Origin: a virus | Lineage: Duplodnaviria > Caudoviricetes | IMG/VR virus record: IMGVR_UViG_3300037781_000006 | Coordinates: 1-64,000 of that record | Reading direction: 5' to 3' (one strand) | Length of the DNA stretch: 64,000 bases | Shown here: positions 33,400-43,609 of the stretch, piece by piece | Layout: every line of letters begins with the position of its first letter | Position numbering within the stretch: position 1 is the stretch's first letter | Notes under the pieces: model-generated | The model's database searches: none | What the model was told of the DNA's origin: nothing | The model's input: the letters and a program-made list of their open reading frames with translations, nothing else | Program-made: the position numbers and the translations under genes

Positions 33400-35709
33400 T
33401 TAGAACACTGAACCGTTGAAATCCACCGAATAGGTGAACCCCTCGCTGACACCCCCAGTAGAGATGTCACCAATGGCCATGGCAGATTTGGTTCCTGCCC
33501 ATGGAGAAATCCGTTCCACCACCCGACGGCAGAGCTTGTCAGGGAAATCGTTGACACTCGTGAGCACAACAGTTCGACCCTCACCGGCATGTTCAGGGTT
33601 CGTGGCTGCATCTTGATCGAAGAAGTAGATCAAGAAGAGATCATCCACTTCGAATTCGTAAGGACCATTCACCAGAGAGTGATCTACCCAAGTCAGACCA
33701 CCATTCAGACCAGCAGACGTGGCCGAGATGATCTCCAATGGTTCAGTGACCATACCAATCGACCGGAAGCCAGACTTTTGGGTGTTCAACCGACAAAGCT
33801 GAATGGTGTAGTCGAACTGGACATTCTGATCTTGGATCAGAACACTCAGATTCGAGATGTCCACCCGAGACAGACACTTGAAGACTGTACCTTTGCCAGC
33901 GAAGTTGTCTTCACCACCTCCAGTTCGACCCCAGACAGCATTGTAGTTCGGGGCGTCCCGGAAGTAAGGAATGTTGCCTTTCGGAACAAGAATGGCACGA
34001 CTCTCAGCCGAGTTGTAGTCACCACCGTGCATCTCCGAATCAACGAAGTGAACCGGAGTCCAGCGGATCCCATCATCAGAGCCTTCGATGTAGAATTCCT
34101 GTGGAACCTGAAGGGCATCCGAACCGGGACGAGCAGTGAGTTCGATCTCACCCGGATGTTGGGGTGCTCCGAAATTGTACCCCACCCACGACGTACCTTC
34201 TGAGATGCTGTTTTCAGCACCAGCCCAGTAGTTCGTGTTCTTGGCATCATCGAACAACGCATCAGCGTTGGAAGTCCCCAGACCAGCAGAACCGAAGATC
34301 GGAGATCCACCAGTACAGAGGTCAATGGTTCCGGGAGTGTTTCGCATCTCGATTTCAGACAGAGCACCACCAGTCCAAGTGTTCGCTCGAACGAAGCGAA
34401 GACGCCACTGTTCGAAATTCGGACCAAAGGAGCGATCCACATTCGGAAGACCCTTGGAGATCTTCATGCTCACAGAATCCACCAAGGTGTTGTTGTCTTC
34501 ACCCACTTGAAGATTCCATTCGATGTAGATCCGAACGTACCGAGTCCCAGCAGGGATGTTGTCGGTGAAAGTCCGATAGAAGTAGATTCCTTCAGGGGAG
34601 GAGAACAAACCGGGACCAGAATCGAAACCCAACTGAGTATCGTTCGCGGAGTAATACTCCACTCGGATGTTTGCTTGGTTTCCGATAGTCTGAACCCGCT
34701 GATGCCAGCTTACCGTAAGGAAGCAACCACCAGCATCAACATCGACTTCCCAGACCGGAAAGATTTCAACATCTTGCCAGATGTAGGAGTATGGGACGTT
34801 GGCCTGAGCAGGATCCACATCGTTCCCACCATCCCACCAAATTGCACCTGCCTGAGCAGGTTGGTTGAAGTCATTGAAGATGGAATAGGTTCCGCCATAG
34901 GTGGCAGCCCCAAAGACATCCCACCCAGCCATACCGATTTCAGCACCGGGGTTTTTCAGGTTCATGAGTTGAGGGACACCATCAACCAGAGGCTCACCAG
35001 TATCCCAACTGATGACACTGATTCCGATATCCCTGTCGTAGATCCCCAGAGTCTGGCTTTGACTGACACCAACAACGAAACCACAGTTCATGGCGTTGAT
35101 ATCAGAACGCTGATCGGCAGACGTGCCAGTTGTGAAGTAAGCAACGGCTCGCTGAGTATCGAAACGGTTCGGAGCACTGATCCCAGAAGTGATCATGTTG
35201 CTTTGATGACGGTTCGTCTGAGCTTTCTCGCCTTGGTGCAAACCAGTCAGGAAATAGTCTTCCTGTTCCCAGATTTCGATTGGTTCAGTCAGAGAGATTG
35301 CGATCTGGTTCGAAGTGAGAGCGTAGGCTTCACCCAGATAGTTCCAACCTCGGACTTCACAGGTGATCACGGTATTGTCGTATTCTTCCGTGCTCATCCA
35401 TGTGGATTCGTTGGCTCCGGGAATGTCTGCACCGTCTGCCATCCACTGATAGAAAAGGACCGCACTCGGAGAGGCATCCCACTGACCAGCGTTACAGGTC
35501 AGAAGGTTCGGAATTTGAGCATCCCCAGTGAGGTACGGGGGAAAGGTGTTGACGGGCGGATACCGATACAGAGGCGCTGAAGCCAGCGGTCCATAAAGGC
35601 TGGAAACCAGATGAACACCTTCCCGAATCGACGGTTCGATATGAACCAAGTCGATAGACCGAGTTTGGTCGTCATCCTGAGTTCCGTAATATACGATGGG
35701 ATGAGGCAT
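33400..35709 (-). CDS. Multidomain virion appendage protein: Ig-like, CBM-like and discoidin-like domains
   Basis: LTCNAGQW...YQWMADGADIPGA Ig-like; NPGAEIGMAGW CBM-like; QWRLRF...EIEMR...DLCTGG...WVGYNF discoidin-like repeat homologous to those in 11531-13852. Confidence 0.6.
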   Translation of the reverse strand: MPHPIVYYGTQDDDQTRSIDLVHIEPSIREGVHLVSSLYGPLASAPLYRYPPVNTFPPYLTGDAQIPNLLTCNAGQWDASPSAVLFYQWMADGADIPGANESTWMSTEEYDNTVITCEVRGWNYLGEAYALTSNQIAISLTEPIEIWEQEDYFLTGLHQGEKAQTNRHQSNMITSGISAPNRFDTQRAVAYFTTGTSADQRSDINAMNCGFVVGVSQSQTLGIYDRDIGISVISWDTGEPLVDGVPQLMNLKNPGAEIGMAGWDVFGAATYGGTYSIFNDFNQPAQAGAIWWDGGNDVDPAQANVPYSYIWQDVEIFPVWEVDVDAGGCFLTVSWHQRVQTIGNQANIRVEYYSANDTQLGFDSGPGLFSSPEGIYFYRTFTDNIPAGTRYVRIYIEWNLQVGEDNNTLVDSVSMKISKGLPNVDRSFGPNFEQWRLRFVRANTWTGGALSEIEMRNTPGTIDLCTGGSPIFGSAGLGTSNADALFDDAKNTNYWAGAENSISEGTSWVGYNFGAPQHPGEIELTARPGSDALQVPQEFYIEGSDDGIRWTPVHFVDSEMHGGDYNSAESRAILVPKGNIPYFRDAPNYNAVWGRTGGGEDNFAGKGTVFKCLSRVDISNLSVLIQDQNVQFDYTIQLCRLNTQKSGFRSIGMVTEPLEIISATSAGLNGGLTWVDHSLVNGPYEFEVDDLFLIYFFDQDAATNPEHAGEGRTVVLTSVNDFPDKLCRRVVERISPWAGTKSAMAIGDISTGGVSEGFTYSVDFNGSVF

Positions 35710-36029
35710 TACCGAAGCGGTCCTTCAACGTAGAAAGTGGCATCCGAAGTGGCGATGATCCGGATATCGGGCATGTTGGCACGCGGAAGACGAACGAGGT
35801 TCGAGTCGTTCACCGTGTACGAGGCTTCCGACGGAGTGAACCAGTTTCCCTGTTCGTCTTTCACCTGAAACTGGATGGTTCCGGTTTTGACGACACAGGT
35901 CACGTTCAGATCTTGGGCGTAGGGACCAGCAGCCTTGGCCACAACATCCTCGCCCCCGTTTTCAGTCATGTCAGCCGACGTGTACCAGATGGGGACGCAT
36001 TCATAATTCGTGGAGCATGTTTGAGGCAT
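35709..36029 (-). CDS. Hypothetical protein (106 aa)
   Basis: 1-nt overlap with the downstream gene. Confidence 0.65.
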   Translation of the reverse strand: MPQTCSTNYECVPIWYTSADMTENGGEDVVAKAAGPYAQDLNVTCVVKTGTIQFQVKDEQGNWFTPSEASYTVNDSNLVRLPRANMPDIRIIATSDATFYVEGPLR

Positions 36030-36101
36030 TTGCTTTCCAGTCTTGGTTCAGGTTATAGGGCGTGGTGTGACTGCATTACCACAACAACGGAGCCACGAGC
36101 A

Positions 36102-36794
36102 ATGCTTACACTGAAAGAGGTCCAAGACAGCCTGCCCGCTGGCCAAAAAGGTCACATCACGCAGGATATGGTCGATCAACTCAACAACCTGTCCAAAGAT
36201 CCCGAAGAGGCCCGGTACATCCGGGAAAACTTCATTTCGTTCAGTCAGGTACTGTCTGAGGGTCGGTTCAAGCTCGGAGACTACGTGCGTGCAGTCATGT
36301 ACGTGTCACACAAGGTCATGGGGAAGTCGAATCTGGAAGCCTACAAGGCGACGTTCCCGGATCGACATCAGCAGATGGTGGCTGACGGTCGTGCCCCGAA
36401 AGATATCGCCAGTTACGTTGCAGCCTACAACAAGGGCAAGCTGGTGAACCTCGTCTACGAACGAGCCATGATTCCGACATGGGTTCTGAATCAGGATATG
36501 TTCCAGTCTGCTCTGAACACCCAGTACGAGATCATGAACGACACGAGCGTGAGTGACAAAGTGCGTGTGGAAGCAGCGAACTCGATTCTGACTCACCTGA
36601 AGAAGCCGGAAGTGAACAAAGCTGAACTGAAGGTCGATATCGGACTCAATGACGGCATGAAAGCTCTGGAACAGCGACTGGCTGAGATGGCAGAGATGCA
36701 GATGAAAACCATCGAAGGAAACGCCATGTCTGTGCAAGATGTGGCTGCTCTGCCACTGAATGTTCCGGAAGCAGAGGTTGTCGAGGATGAGTAA
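36102..36794 (+). CDS. N4 gp69-like protein (putative terminase small subunit; start reassigned to MLTLK)
   Basis: SD GGAG; YVRAVMYVSHK...YNKGKLVN...SDKVRVEAANSILTHLKKPE; immediately upstream of terL. Confidence 0.8.
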   Translation: MLTLKEVQDSLPAGQKGHITQDMVDQLNNLSKDPEEARYIRENFISFSQVLSEGRFKLGDYVRAVMYVSHKVMGKSNLEAYKATFPDRHQQMVADGRAPKDIASYVAAYNKGKLVNLVYERAMIPTWVLNQDMFQSALNTQYEIMNDTSVSDKVRVEAANSILTHLKKPEVNKAELKVDIGLNDGMKALEQRLAEMAEMQMKTIEGNAMSVQDVAALPLNVPEAEVVEDE

Positions 36795-38400
36795 GTTCTT
36801 CGGAAACAAGACGGTAGACGACTACCTGAACGAAGTGGATTTCGACTGGCTGAACAACGGGGGGTACATTCCTTCGAAGTTCAGCCTCGAATTCATGAAC
36901 TTCATCAAGCTGTGCAACGATGGCCGGGGAGAAGACAACAAGACCCCGGTCATGCACTTGGCTATGCTCGACAAGCTGCCAACCAAGAAGAAGAAGATCA
37001 CCAACCTCTGTGCTCGTGGTACTGCGAAGACCACACTGATGGCTGAATACCTGACTCTGTATCTGGCGATGTTCAACAAGATTCCCGGATTCGGAAACGT
37101 CCCCGGAATGCTCTACATCTCGGATTCGATGGACAACGGTGTGAAGTCGATGCGGGAATCGGTGAAGTCTCGGTACTACTCGTCTGAGTTTCTTCAGCAC
37201 TGGCTTCCGGAAGAGGGAGTTCGATTCACCGAGAACTACATGGAATTCTTCAATCGAAATGGTGGTCGTTTCGGTGTGAAGATGTTCGGTGCAAAGTCTG
37301 GTATCCGGGGTACGAAGATTTTCAACCGTCGTCCTGTTCTGGCTGTGATGGACGACTTGATCTCTGATGCTGACTCGAAGTCACCCACTGCGATGGAAGC
37401 AATCAACGATACGGTCTACTCCGGTGTTCAGTACGCTCTGGATCCGACTCGTCACAAGATGATCCTCAACGGAACCCCGTTCAACAAAGACGACATCGTG
37501 TACCAAGCAATCGAGTCTGGTGCATGGGAAGTGAACGTCTGGCCGGTCTGCAAAGAGTTCCCTTGTGAACGGGAAGAGTTCTCTGGAGCTTGGGAAGACC
37601 GATTCACCTACGATTACGTCAAAGAGATGTACGATGCGGCTGTGATGGAAGGCAAAGAGAAGTCGTTCCGTCAGGAGCTTATGCTTCGGATCACCAGTGA
37701 TGAATCTCGCTTGGTTCAGGAGAATGAGATCGGATGGAGGTCTCGTCAGGAAATCCTTCAGAAGCGGAAGGACTACAACTTCTACATCACCACTGACTTT
37801 GCCACTTCGTCTAAGCAAACCGCTGATTACACTGTGATTTCTGTGTGGGCTTACGACAAGGATGGCCATTGGACATGGGTCGATGGTCTGTGCGAACGTC
37901 AACAGATGGGCAAAACTATCAATGATCTGTTCGCATTTGCACAGGAGTACCAGCCTCAAGGTGTGGGAATTGAGGTCACTGGTCAGCAGGGTGGTTTCAT
38001 CCCTTGGGTGATGGCGGAAATGGATCGTCGAGGTGTGTACTTCAATCTCGCTCACGACCCGAAAACGAAGAAACCGGGGATCCGTCCGATGACAGACAAA
38101 CTGTCACGGTTCAATCTCGTGGTTCCATTCTTCAAGGCTGGGAAGATTCATTTCGCTCGTGAGATGAAAGAGACCAAGACGGTCGGTCTGTTCATGGAGC
38201 AGATCAGTCTTGCAACTCGGGATGGTATTATGGGCAAAGACGACTGCCTAGATACGATCTCCATGCTGACGGTCATGAACCCTTGGAAACCAAACCCAGA
38301 AGAAGACCAAACACCGGAAGAGGTATCGACTGTTGACCCTATCTGGGGTACAGAGGCCGAGACCGACGAAGAAGTTGGAATTGATGCCTACGTGGTATGA
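36787..38400 (+). CDS. terL: Terminase large subunit (N4 gp68-like; start MSKFF)
   Basis: CARGTAKTT Walker A-like, LAVMDDL Walker B, NGTPF, ITTDFATS RNase H-like, KDDCLD. Confidence 0.92.
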   Translation: MSKFFGNKTVDDYLNEVDFDWLNNGGYIPSKFSLEFMNFIKLCNDGRGEDNKTPVMHLAMLDKLPTKKKKITNLCARGTAKTTLMAEYLTLYLAMFNKIPGFGNVPGMLYISDSMDNGVKSMRESVKSRYYSSEFLQHWLPEEGVRFTENYMEFFNRNGGRFGVKMFGAKSGIRGTKIFNRRPVLAVMDDLISDADSKSPTAMEAINDTVYSGVQYALDPTRHKMILNGTPFNKDDIVYQAIESGAWEVNVWPVCKEFPCEREEFSGAWEDRFTYDYVKEMYDAAVMEGKEKSFRQELMLRITSDESRLVQENEIGWRSRQEILQKRKDYNFYITTDFATSSKQTADYTVISVWAYDKDGHWTWVDGLCERQQMGKTINDLFAFAQEYQPQGVGIEVTGQQGGFIPWVMAEMDRRGVYFNLAHDPKTKKPGIRPMTDKLSRFNLVVPFFKAGKIHFAREMKETKTVGLFMEQISLATRDGIMGKDDCLDTISMLTVMNPWKPNPEEDQTPEEVSTVDPIWGTEAETDEEVGIDAYVV

Positions 38401-38410
38401 GGAGTGAGCC

Positions 38411-39079
38411 ATGCTATTCACAGATTTCACTGCCAAGCTGGCTCGGGGCCAACTCAAGAACACGGCAGCCGTGGATGATCAAGATCTTGGAGAACTGAAC
38501 CCCGGACACGAGGATCAGATTCTCGAACTGACGAATCAGGGGCTGGTGGATATCAGCACCAAGCTCAAGCTGTTCGAGACGACGTTCGCCCTGTCCTTTG
38601 TCCCCGGACAGAACATCTACACTCTCGACGACACGCTCGACCCGATTTTCACCGATTATGTACGGCTCTTGTCCGTACATGCTGTTCCGGTTGGCCAAGC
38701 TGTCATCCCGGAAAACGAGAAAACCTTCGTTCCGAAGAGCAACAACCAGATCACGTTGCCTTCGCCAAACACTGTCCGATTCACAGATGCCTTCATGCGA
38801 GACTATGGTCCAGCGGCAGATCTGAAGTTTCAGACTCGTCATCCGCAGATCACTCTCACAGATGCGATGCAACTTCCGTATCATCTGTATGAAGCTCTGG
38901 CATTGTACGTTTCGGGCCTGTATCTCAACCACATGGGTGGGGAAGAAAACACAGGACGCGGAAATGCTTACTACGGCCTTTATCTGAAGATGATGGGTGA
39001 AGATGTTCGAGAGAACAAATCCCAGACATCAGAGGTCGTGGACGAGGATACTCGCTTCCAAGATCGAGGATTCGTCTGA
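38411..39079 (+). CDS. Head-tail adaptor (N4 gp67-like)
   Basis: Synteny after terL; NQGLVDISTKLKL, YEALALYVSG motifs. Confidence 0.7.
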   Translation: MLFTDFTAKLARGQLKNTAAVDDQDLGELNPGHEDQILELTNQGLVDISTKLKLFETTFALSFVPGQNIYTLDDTLDPIFTDYVRLLSVHAVPVGQAVIPENEKTFVPKSNNQITLPSPNTVRFTDAFMRDYGPAADLKFQTRHPQITLTDAMQLPYHLYEALALYVSGLYLNHMGGEENTGRGNAYYGLYLKMMGEDVRENKSQTSEVVDEDTRFQDRGFV

Positions 39080-39453
39080 TGAGCAACCAAGATCCAAACC
39101 TTCTGACTGAGGTTTTCAACCAACGGGCTGCAATCCTGACGTTCTTCGGAGCGTTGGGCGGTTCTGTGCGTGCTGCTGTCCTAAAGACTTCTTGGAAGGA
39201 AGGGCTTCGTGTCGTATTCGTGGGGGGTGCCGTAGCGTTCGGCGTTGGCGTACTTGGACCTGTGATCATGAAACCTTGGATTGGAGATCTTCCTGACGAG
39301 ATGGCTGGAGCAATGGGAACACTCACTGCTGCATCCTTTCTTATTGGCTTGGTTGCCGTGACTCTGGTCGAGCGTTTCATTTCGGGGGAATCAATCGAAC
39401 CGACTGAACCAAAGCCTCGGGAATACGGTCCCGAACCGGAGGAAAACCAATGA
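39079..39453 (+). CDS. Putative holin
   Basis: Three hydrophobic segments, charged C-terminal tail; first gene of the lysis cassette. Confidence 0.6.
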   Translation: MSNQDPNLLTEVFNQRAAILTFFGALGGSVRAAVLKTSWKEGLRVVFVGGAVAFGVGVLGPVIMKPWIGDLPDEMAGAMGTLTAASFLIGLVAVTLVERFISGESIEPTEPKPREYGPEPEENQ

Positions 39454-40010
39454 CCAATCAGTATGTCCCGCAACTGCGTGTGGAGAAGACGACACGTAAT
39501 CGAGACGATCTTCGAGTGATGATCGCAGGGTCGGTTTTCTGCATCCTCATGATCATGGTTCAAGGTGCGTACACCAAGTTCCATGACGCTTTCATCGCTG
39601 AACGTCCATTCGTCAGTGCCACTGTGCAACTCATCTATGTGGATGAGGGTCTTCCGCCTATGGTTTTGTACGATGCCGATGCCAATCAGCCTGTGGCTGG
39701 AACGTGGACGGCTTCGATCTACACCGAAAATGATGTTCGTCTGAATTCCCGGAAAGGAAACGGGAACTACAACGACAACGAAGACGAATCCAAGCTCTGG
39801 AGTTGGAGTGGATGGTTCGACAATGAGCAATCAGATCCTCCTCCGATTCCTGCTGAACCGTTTTATGTATGTGTGCGGTACGATGTGGCCGCAAACGACT
39901 CCGGAGTAGACGACTCCACAGAGAAGTTCTGTTCTGAACCGTTCTATCCCGGAGAGCCAACGCGCAATATCCACATCGACACTCTCGTGAACAAGGAAAT
40001 GGTCGAATGA
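39450..40010 (+). CDS. Membrane-anchored periplasmic protein in the lysis cassette
   Basis: Single TM VMIAGSVFCILMIMV; soluble domain with Cys pair. Confidence 0.6.
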   Translation: MTNQYVPQLRVEKTTRNRDDLRVMIAGSVFCILMIMVQGAYTKFHDAFIAERPFVSATVQLIYVDEGLPPMVLYDADANQPVAGTWTASIYTENDVRLNSRKGNGNYNDNEDESKLWSWSGWFDNEQSDPPPIPAEPFYVCVRYDVAANDSGVDDSTEKFCSEPFYPGEPTRNIHIDTLVNKEMVE

Positions 40011-40666
40011 GCATCACAGTTCGAGACTACCAAGGTCGAGTGAACGGTATCCTACGGGGTGCCGTTCTTGAGGTTGATGGGATCATGGGTCCGAAGACCC
40101 GTGCAGGCATCGAAAAAGCCATGCGAAAGCGAGGTGTTCGCCGTCGTCAGGATCTCTTTGATCGAGGGGTTCGTGGCATCGTCTGGCACTGGACAGCAGG
40201 AGCCAAAGGTTTCATCGAGATGGAACGGGAAGCCTACAACTTCCTGCACTCTGTCGATGGTGACACCATCCAAGGCGAATCCACCGTGGCTGAACAGGTC
40301 ATGTACGACTGGCGTCGTGGTATCGGTGCTTCTCACTGCAAGTCGATGAACACTGGCTGGATCGGTCAATCGGTCGATGCGATGGCAGGATCGAAGCAAG
40401 CGAATCCCATGGTTTGGGGTCCGAATCCCATCACATGGAAAGGTATCGACGCGATGCTGGAACAGTCCGCTGAACTGGTCGAGGAATACAACATTCCTGT
40501 GTCCCGGTGGACGACTCTTACCCATGCTGAAGTCGAACCGACTCTGGGTGTGAAGCAACGCTGGAAGTGGGACTATACCTGTCTTCCGGGTGACACCAAT
40601 GGTTTCCAAGACCCTGTTGCTGTCGGCAACATTCTCCGGGAACGTCTGCTGGAGCGTTTCGTATGA
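40007..40666 (+). CDS. Endolysin: PG-binding motif + Zn N-acetylmuramoyl-L-alanine amidase
   Basis: LEVDGIMGPKT PG-binding motif; IVWHWTAG, SHC, LTHAEV, KWD amidase residues. Confidence 0.8.
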   Translation: MSITVRDYQGRVNGILRGAVLEVDGIMGPKTRAGIEKAMRKRGVRRRQDLFDRGVRGIVWHWTAGAKGFIEMEREAYNFLHSVDGDTIQGESTVAEQVMYDWRRGIGASHCKSMNTGWIGQSVDAMAGSKQANPMVWGPNPITWKGIDAMLEQSAELVEEYNIPVSRWTTLTHAEVEPTLGVKQRWKWDYTCLPGDTNGFQDPVAVGNILRERLLERFV

Positions 40667-40998
40667 TCGGTCAACGACAACTCATCGTTCTGGGTGTCAG
40701 CCTCTCCCTAATGGGAGGGGCTTTCGCCTATGGTGTCCACAAAGGAACCGTCTGGGAAGTCCAGCGGAATGTGGAAAAGAAGCAGGAGCTTCAAGAAGAA
40801 ATCCTTGATCTGAACCTCACTCTCAACGAAAAGAACGCTGAGATTCTGAGGCTCAATCGTGAGAGGGAAGGACTGATCCATGAACTCGAAACTCAAGCTG
40901 TTGAAGCTGACGGTGCTGGGAATCCCGGCGTTGCTGCTACTGGGGGGTTGCGCCGGTTGGAGCAGCGATGGGGTCCAAGTCCAACCTCTTCCGACTAA
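40663..40998 (+). CDS. i-spanin (Rz-like)
   Basis: N-terminal TM followed by coiled coil; follows the endolysin. Confidence 0.75.
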   Translation: MIGQRQLIVLGVSLSLMGGAFAYGVHKGTVWEVQRNVEKKQELQEEILDLNLTLNEKNAEILRLNREREGLIHELETQAVEADGAGNPGVAATGGLRRLEQRWGPSPTSSD

Positions 40999-41170
40999 CG
41001 TCTCGGAACCCTGTGATCATCCTCTGGATGTCATCAGTACCGTCCGTGGTACTTCCGTTGGTTCAGATGAAATCCGGATGGGCCGTCTTGGTGATGCTCT
41101 GATCGAGTGTGGCCAAGAAAAAGATATTGCTGTACAGGGTTACGAAGCATTGACCGAAATCCTGAAGTAA
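40880..41170 (+). CDS. o-spanin (Rz1-like lipoprotein), overlapping the i-spanin
   Basis: Lipobox LLLGG|C; Pro-rich mature part; partially embedded in +1 frame. Confidence 0.78.
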   Translation: MNSKLKLLKLTVLGIPALLLLGGCAGWSSDGVQVQPLPTNVSEPCDHPLDVISTVRGTSVGSDEIRMGRLGDALIECGQEKDIAVQGYEALTEILK

Positions 41171-41180
41171 GGGTCCACAC

Positions 41181-43556
41181 ATGGAAATGAATGACGAATA
41201 CAAGGACCAGTCTGGGAACCGGAATGAAATGTCCGGTTCTCAGGATGTGGACCCCGAAAAACTCGACACGGTTCAAGCAAAGCCCAAGCTGACCGAGTGG
41301 AAGAAAGAACCTGACCTTGCAGATCTGCGTCAGGATCTCGAATTTGCACGTCAGGAGACTGACGACCAGAAGAGCAACGTCGAGGGATGGCTGGACCTCC
41401 GGAACGCAACCGGGGCAGAAGCCCCGAAGAAAGCGAAACCGGGTCGATCCGCTGTCCAACCGAAGCTCATTCGCAAGCACAACGAATGGCGGTATCCGGC
41501 TCTGAGTGAGCCGTTCCTGAACACCGACCGGATGTTCCAAGTGCTGCCTCGTACCCACGAAGATGCAGCCAAAGCCAAGCAGAACCAGATTCTGCTGAAC
41601 TGGCAATTCGACACGAAGATCAACAAGGTGGACTTCATTGACCGCTATGTTCGGACTGCTGTCGATGAAGGTTCTGTGGTGGTTCGTGTCGGCTGGGAAC
41701 AGGAATACCGGACGGAGAAAGTCGAAACCACGAACTTCAACTTCTACCCGGTGAGTGATGAGCAGGAAGCTCAGTTGATCATGCAAGCTGTGCAGATGAT
41801 GCAAGCTGGTGTGCCTGACTGGGAGTCTCTGCCTGAGTCTCTCAAGGCTTCTGCGGAGAAGAGCTTGGAACTCAATCAGCTTGTCACTGCTGAACCTGAT
41901 GGTGTGATCGAAACCGTTGAAGAACGGATGGTGAAGAACTGCCCGTCTGTTCGGATCATCAACGTGGCCAACCTGTTCGTCGATCCGTCGTGTGATGGTG
42001 ACTGGGAGAATGCCCAGTACATGATCCACACATACGAAGCCACTCCGTCGGAACTGAAAGCTCGGAAGGGTCAGTACCAGAATCTCGAACAGGTGAACTG
42101 GGAATCTGCCAAGATCCAGTCTCAGCACGGAAATCCGGACCATGAGTCCAGCACTCCGAACAACGACATGCGTACTGGCTCTGGTTCAGGGTCTGCTGAC
42201 AAGCAGAAGGTTCTGGTCTACGAATACTGGGGTTTCTACGACATCTACGAAACTGGTGTCATGGTTCCCATCGTCGTGACATGGGTGGGTGAAACCATCA
42301 TCGAAATGCGGGAAAACCCGTTCCCGGACAGCAAGCCTCCGTTCGTCATCGTTCCGTATATGCCCATTCTCAAGTCGGTCTTTGGTGAGGCCGACGCATC
42401 GCTGCTCCAAGACAACCAGCGGATCATTGGTGCTGTCACTCGTGGGGTCATTGACCTCATGGGTCGCTCTGCCAATGCTCAGACTGGTTACGCCAAAGGC
42501 TTCCTCGATCCGATCAACAAGCGTCGGTTCGTGAACGGGGAAGACTTCGAATTCAACCCGAATGGGGATCCGAAAGCCAACATCCGTCAAATGGAATACC
42601 CGGAGATTCCTCGGAGTGCTCATGAAACGATTCAGATGCAGAATGCGGAAGCTGAAGCTCTTACCGGAGTCAAGAGCTTCTCGGGTGGTATTTCTGGCGA
42701 CGCTTACGGTAGTGTTGCTACCGGCATCCGTGGTGCTCTGGACAGTGCTGCTACTCGTGAGATGAGCATCCTCCGTCGTCTTGCCAAAGGTATGCAGGAC
42801 ATCGGAACCAAGATCATCGCCATGAACGCCAAGTTTCTGTCGGAGAAGGAAATTGTCCGAGTCACGAACGAAGAGTTCGTTGAGGTTTCTCGTGATGAAC
42901 TGGAAGGTCAGTTCGATCTGAAAGTGGACATCTCGACTGCTTCTGTCGATGAACAGAAAGCGAATGATCTCGGTATGGTTCTCCAGACTGTTGGTCCGGA
43001 TATGGATCCGAGTCTTCGTCAGATCGTTCTCGGAAAGATCGCAGATCTCAAGCGGATGCCTGATCTCGCTGAACAGATCCGTTCCTACCAGCCGCAGCCT
43101 GATCCGATTGCAGTGGAAACTGCGAAGATGGAACTTCAGAAGCTCAAGAGTGATATCGCTCTCGACGATGCTCGTGCAGAAGAAGCCCGTGCTCGTGCTG
43201 CGAAACTGCTGGAAGAAGTCACCAACGATGTGTCTGGTGTCACTCATCAGCGTGAAGTCGAGAAGATGGGTGCTCAAGCTGCTGGGAACCGGAGTCTGGA
43301 AGTCACCAAAGCCCTGTTGGGTGGTGAATCTCCTCTTCCGAATATCGAAGCTGCTGTCGGGTACAATGCTCTGGCCGATGCCAAGGATGACGTGAAGGCG
43401 AATGCAAACATCATCCCGCCTGTGGCCACTGGTCCTGCACCGGGTCAGCCTTCAGGTGCTCCTTCACTTGGTTCAGGGTTTTCAGACCCTTCCATGGTTC
43501 CGGAGTTCAGTGGGGGTGGACAAAGAGTCCCGATTGGTCCATTGAGCAGCCAGTAA
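41181..43556 (+). CDS. Portal protein (N4 gp59-like)
   Basis: PKLIRKHNEWRYPALSEPFL, EAEALTGVKSFSGG; 791 aa; synteny. Confidence 0.92.
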   Translation: MEMNDEYKDQSGNRNEMSGSQDVDPEKLDTVQAKPKLTEWKKEPDLADLRQDLEFARQETDDQKSNVEGWLDLRNATGAEAPKKAKPGRSAVQPKLIRKHNEWRYPALSEPFLNTDRMFQVLPRTHEDAAKAKQNQILLNWQFDTKINKVDFIDRYVRTAVDEGSVVVRVGWEQEYRTEKVETTNFNFYPVSDEQEAQLIMQAVQMMQAGVPDWESLPESLKASAEKSLELNQLVTAEPDGVIETVEERMVKNCPSVRIINVANLFVDPSCDGDWENAQYMIHTYEATPSELKARKGQYQNLEQVNWESAKIQSQHGNPDHESSTPNNDMRTGSGSGSADKQKVLVYEYWGFYDIYETGVMVPIVVTWVGETIIEMRENPFPDSKPPFVIVPYMPILKSVFGEADASLLQDNQRIIGAVTRGVIDLMGRSANAQTGYAKGFLDPINKRRFVNGEDFEFNPNGDPKANIRQMEYPEIPRSAHETIQMQNAEAEALTGVKSFSGGISGDAYGSVATGIRGALDSAATREMSILRRLAKGMQDIGTKIIAMNAKFLSEKEIVRVTNEEFVEVSRDELEGQFDLKVDISTASVDEQKANDLGMVLQTVGPDMDPSLRQIVLGKIADLKRMPDLAEQIRSYQPQPDPIAVETAKMELQKLKSDIALDDARAEEARARAAKLLEEVTNDVSGVTHQREVEKMGAQAAGNRSLEVTKALLGGESPLPNIEAAVGYNALADAKDDVKANANIIPPVATGPAPGQPSGAPSLGSGFSDPSMVPEFSGGGQRVPIGPLSSQ

Positions 43557-43609
43557 GACTGAAGGGGGACTGAAACCTCGGTCCCCCGGTCCAATACTGG
43601 AGACTGTGA

